In this document: piece after piece, positions 61,880-64,000 of the stretch
Layout of the letters: each line of letters starts with the position of its first letter
Position numbering within the stretch: the first letter of the stretch is position 1
Assembly (NCBI GenBank): GCA_963847445.1
Contig: CAWJZV010000014.1
Span: 128,001 to 192,000 of the forward strand
DNA: 64,000 nt
Source: an uncultured delta proteobacterium
GTDB taxonomy: Bacteria > Desulfobacterota > Binatia > UBA9968
Direction: 5' to 3'
The notes under the pieces: generated by a model
The model's database searches: none
The model's input: the letters and a program-made list of their open reading frames with translations, nothing else
Told to the model about the DNA's origin: nothing
Made by a program: the position numbers and the translations under genes

Positions 61880-62357
61880 GACCGTTTCCTTTTAGTAATG
61901 AAATTATTCGTGTTTGTTCAATCACGAATATCCGAGTCGCGCCGAGGGTGTCAAGCAAGCGGCGGCGTTGATCCACTCCACCTACAAGTGGCCTGGAATA
62001 AAACTTGGATTTCTGCACTTCCCGTTTCGGCGACATGAACACAAATTCCACGATGTCAAAGCGTAGGCGCCGAATCGCGCAGAATTGTGAATTCCCCCGC
62101 TCATCGGTTGTGACGGCGCTTAGGCCGTTTCGTTTTTGATCTGGTGAGCGCTGTCGTATTCCATCACCGGGTTGATTTCTGGATAACCCGCTACACGGCA
62201 GCGTTTGTCCGCAATACGATTGACAACGGCGGACAACCTGACGGATATTGAAACGATTTTACTCATTGGAAATTAACGGGTCCTGAATAACCCGCCGGAT
62301 GAGTTGACGGTTAAATTAATATTTCGGTGGCAGAGAAGAACCTCGGAGTTGTGCGGC

Positions 62358-63200
62358 ATGGCCACAATGGCGGAACTATCGCAGCGAGTCGATCGCCTGA
62401 CGGTTGACCATTTGGCGGTCGTCGTGCGCGCCCTTGCGGCTGCTCCGTTTCCGGTAACCGTGGATCACGAGTTCCTCACATATGGCCTGGCGACGGAAGT
62501 GCTTCGCTTCTTTTTCCAGAACCAATGGACCAACGAACTCGTCTTTTCAGTCCATCAAGATGTTTCGCCGCATCATCGACAGGGGCGCCGTTATTTAAGG
62601 ACCGACTCGGCCGAGCCAGACGAACAGTTTCGACATATGCAGCGCGTCTCCACCTTGGCTGAGATCACGTTCAATCTTCAGGGTGTAGATGGTCTGCGAC
62701 AGCGCATCTGCTCTGATGAACAAGCATGACTTGGAGTCTGCATTGGGTGACGATGGAATGCGCGGCCCTGCTTTCCCGCCCTGAACTGCGTCTTCGCCTC
62801 GTCACTCCCACTGGCGTCGAAGGGCCTTGACTACGGAAGCCGAAGTAACGACATCTGCCAAGCGGACCGTTTGCTGTGAAATAAAGACCAAGTCTGAATC
62901 CACATCTCCCGATGCTCAAACTCTTTGGAGTACCCTTGAAGAGGCTCGTCAACAGTAGCCGAAAAAGGAGCGCTGGCATAATCTTGGTCAAAGTTCCGGA
63001 AGCAGTGGCTCAAGCAACAGGATCATTCCACGGAGTAGTAGCGGATGCCGTTGGCGAAAGTATTTCGTCAGTCACAGCGGCTGAGTGGGGCGTCACATTG
63101 CTCTGGGAGAATGGCATGAAGCCTCCGCAAGGATGAAGTCTGAGAGCCGGTTTAAAAATTACCGGCCAACAAGAACAGCAGACTGTATCAGTCAGATATT
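62358..63200 (+). pseudogene. Fragmented hypothetical gene with PD-(D/E)xK-like motif
   Basis: MATMAELSQRVD...FNLQGVDGLRQRI continues across frameshifts as ECAALLSRPELRLRLVTPTG / GLDY / EAEVTTSAKRTVCCEIKTK; codon style unlike its neighbours; 3' end uncertain. Confidence 0.5.
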
Positions 63201-63467
63201 GATGACTTGGTCACTGTCGCGATTGGCCGCGCAAGTAATCCATCTTGGGTGTCATTTCATGCATTCATTGAGCAGACACGACCCAGCAGGTAGCGATCCC
63301 GCGAACCAAGCCCTGAAGCATACCACGTCCCCGATATGGGTTGCTCTGGAGTTCACTGTCTCGCGGCGCAGCCAACGACCAAGCTCACCAGCTATGTATT
63401 CAACGTTAATTAGCCTCTCCGTTCCAAGTTGAATTCCCCCCCACCCTGTGCAAATCTTTGATTCCTC

Positions 63468-64000
63468 ATGGCCGACCAAACCGCGACTTTACTGCGCGAG
63501 CTTCCATCCATCGATCGCCTGCTCAATCATGCGCGCTGCGCCGCGCTGCTCACTCGTTACAACCGCGATTACGTGACGCAGAAGTGCCGCGCGGCTTTGG
63601 ATCAGCTGCGCGCGAATATCCGCCAAGGCAAAGGCCAACTCCTCAATGACGACGCCATCCTCGATCAAGTCGAGGCGCAGATCGAACTGGAAAGCCGCCC
63701 CGGCCATATCCGCGTCGTCAACGCCACCGGGACGATCCTGCACACCAACTTGGGCCGCGCCCTGCTGTCGCAAGCGGCCATCGATGCGATGGTCGCGGTG
63801 GCCGGCAAGCCGATCAATCTGGAATACGATCTCGCCGCCGGCAAGCGCGGCAAGCGCGAAGAGACTCTGGAGCAACTGTTGGTCGATCTCACCGGCGCCG
63901 AAGCGGCGACCGTGGTCAACAACAACGCCGCCGCGGTGCTGTTGGGGCTGAATTCGCTGGCCCAGGGCAAAGAAGTGATCGTCTCGCGCGGCGAGCTGAT
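63468..64000 (+). CDS. selA: L-seryl-tRNA(Sec) selenium transferase (3' end outside window)
   Basis: Manual translation LRELPSIDRLL...VVNATGTILHTNLGRALL...NLEYDLAAGKRGKR...LTGAEAATVVNNNAAAVLL...VIVSRGEL. Confidence 0.95.
   Translation, partial: MADQTATLLRELPSIDRLLNHARCAALLTRYNRDYVTQKCRAALDQLRANIRQGKGQLLNDDAILDQVEAQIELESRPGHIRVVNATGTILHTNLGRALLSQAAIDAMVAVAGKPINLEYDLAAGKRGKREETLEQLLVDLTGAEAATVVNNNAAAVLLGLNSLAQGKEVIVSRGEL

Noticed and set aside
61880-63467. tRNA-Sec (selC) or another RNA gene upstream of selA
   Set aside because: No TCA anticodon arm, T-loop GTTCGA or CCA end could be recognised.

Overview
A GC-rich bacterial chromosomal window. The gene style (many orphan ABC solute-binding proteins, LLM oxidoreductases, Rieske oxygenases, amidohydrolases, cupins) suggests a soil deltaproteobacterium such as Candidatus Binatota; this is an inference. 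It carries about 55 CDS, dominated by aromatic/heterocycle catabolism and transport: two gentisate-dioxygenase-like cupins, an aryl-CoA ligase/flavin hydroxylase/amidohydrolase operon, and a duplicated Rieske-SBP module. Housekeeping genes include cobB, uvrD/pcrA, trmJ, fpg/nei, fused otsAB, a carboxyltransferase and the 5' part of selA. About 15 otherwise intact genes have single-base frameshifts that look like long-read consensus errors. Intergenic DNA is densely filled with several families of palindromic repeats that nest into composite elements, and one repeat unit sits inside a coding sequence. Other points of interest: four decayed solute-binding-protein remnants, a DUF4160/XRE toxin-antitoxin-like pair with an operator palindrome, two sigma-54 promoters, a Cys-less maleate-isomerase/AMDase homologue, and a degraded PD-(D/E)xK-like islet before selA. 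No rRNA, tRNA or CRISPR array was recognised. All family assignments come from motif recognition by eye, not database searches.
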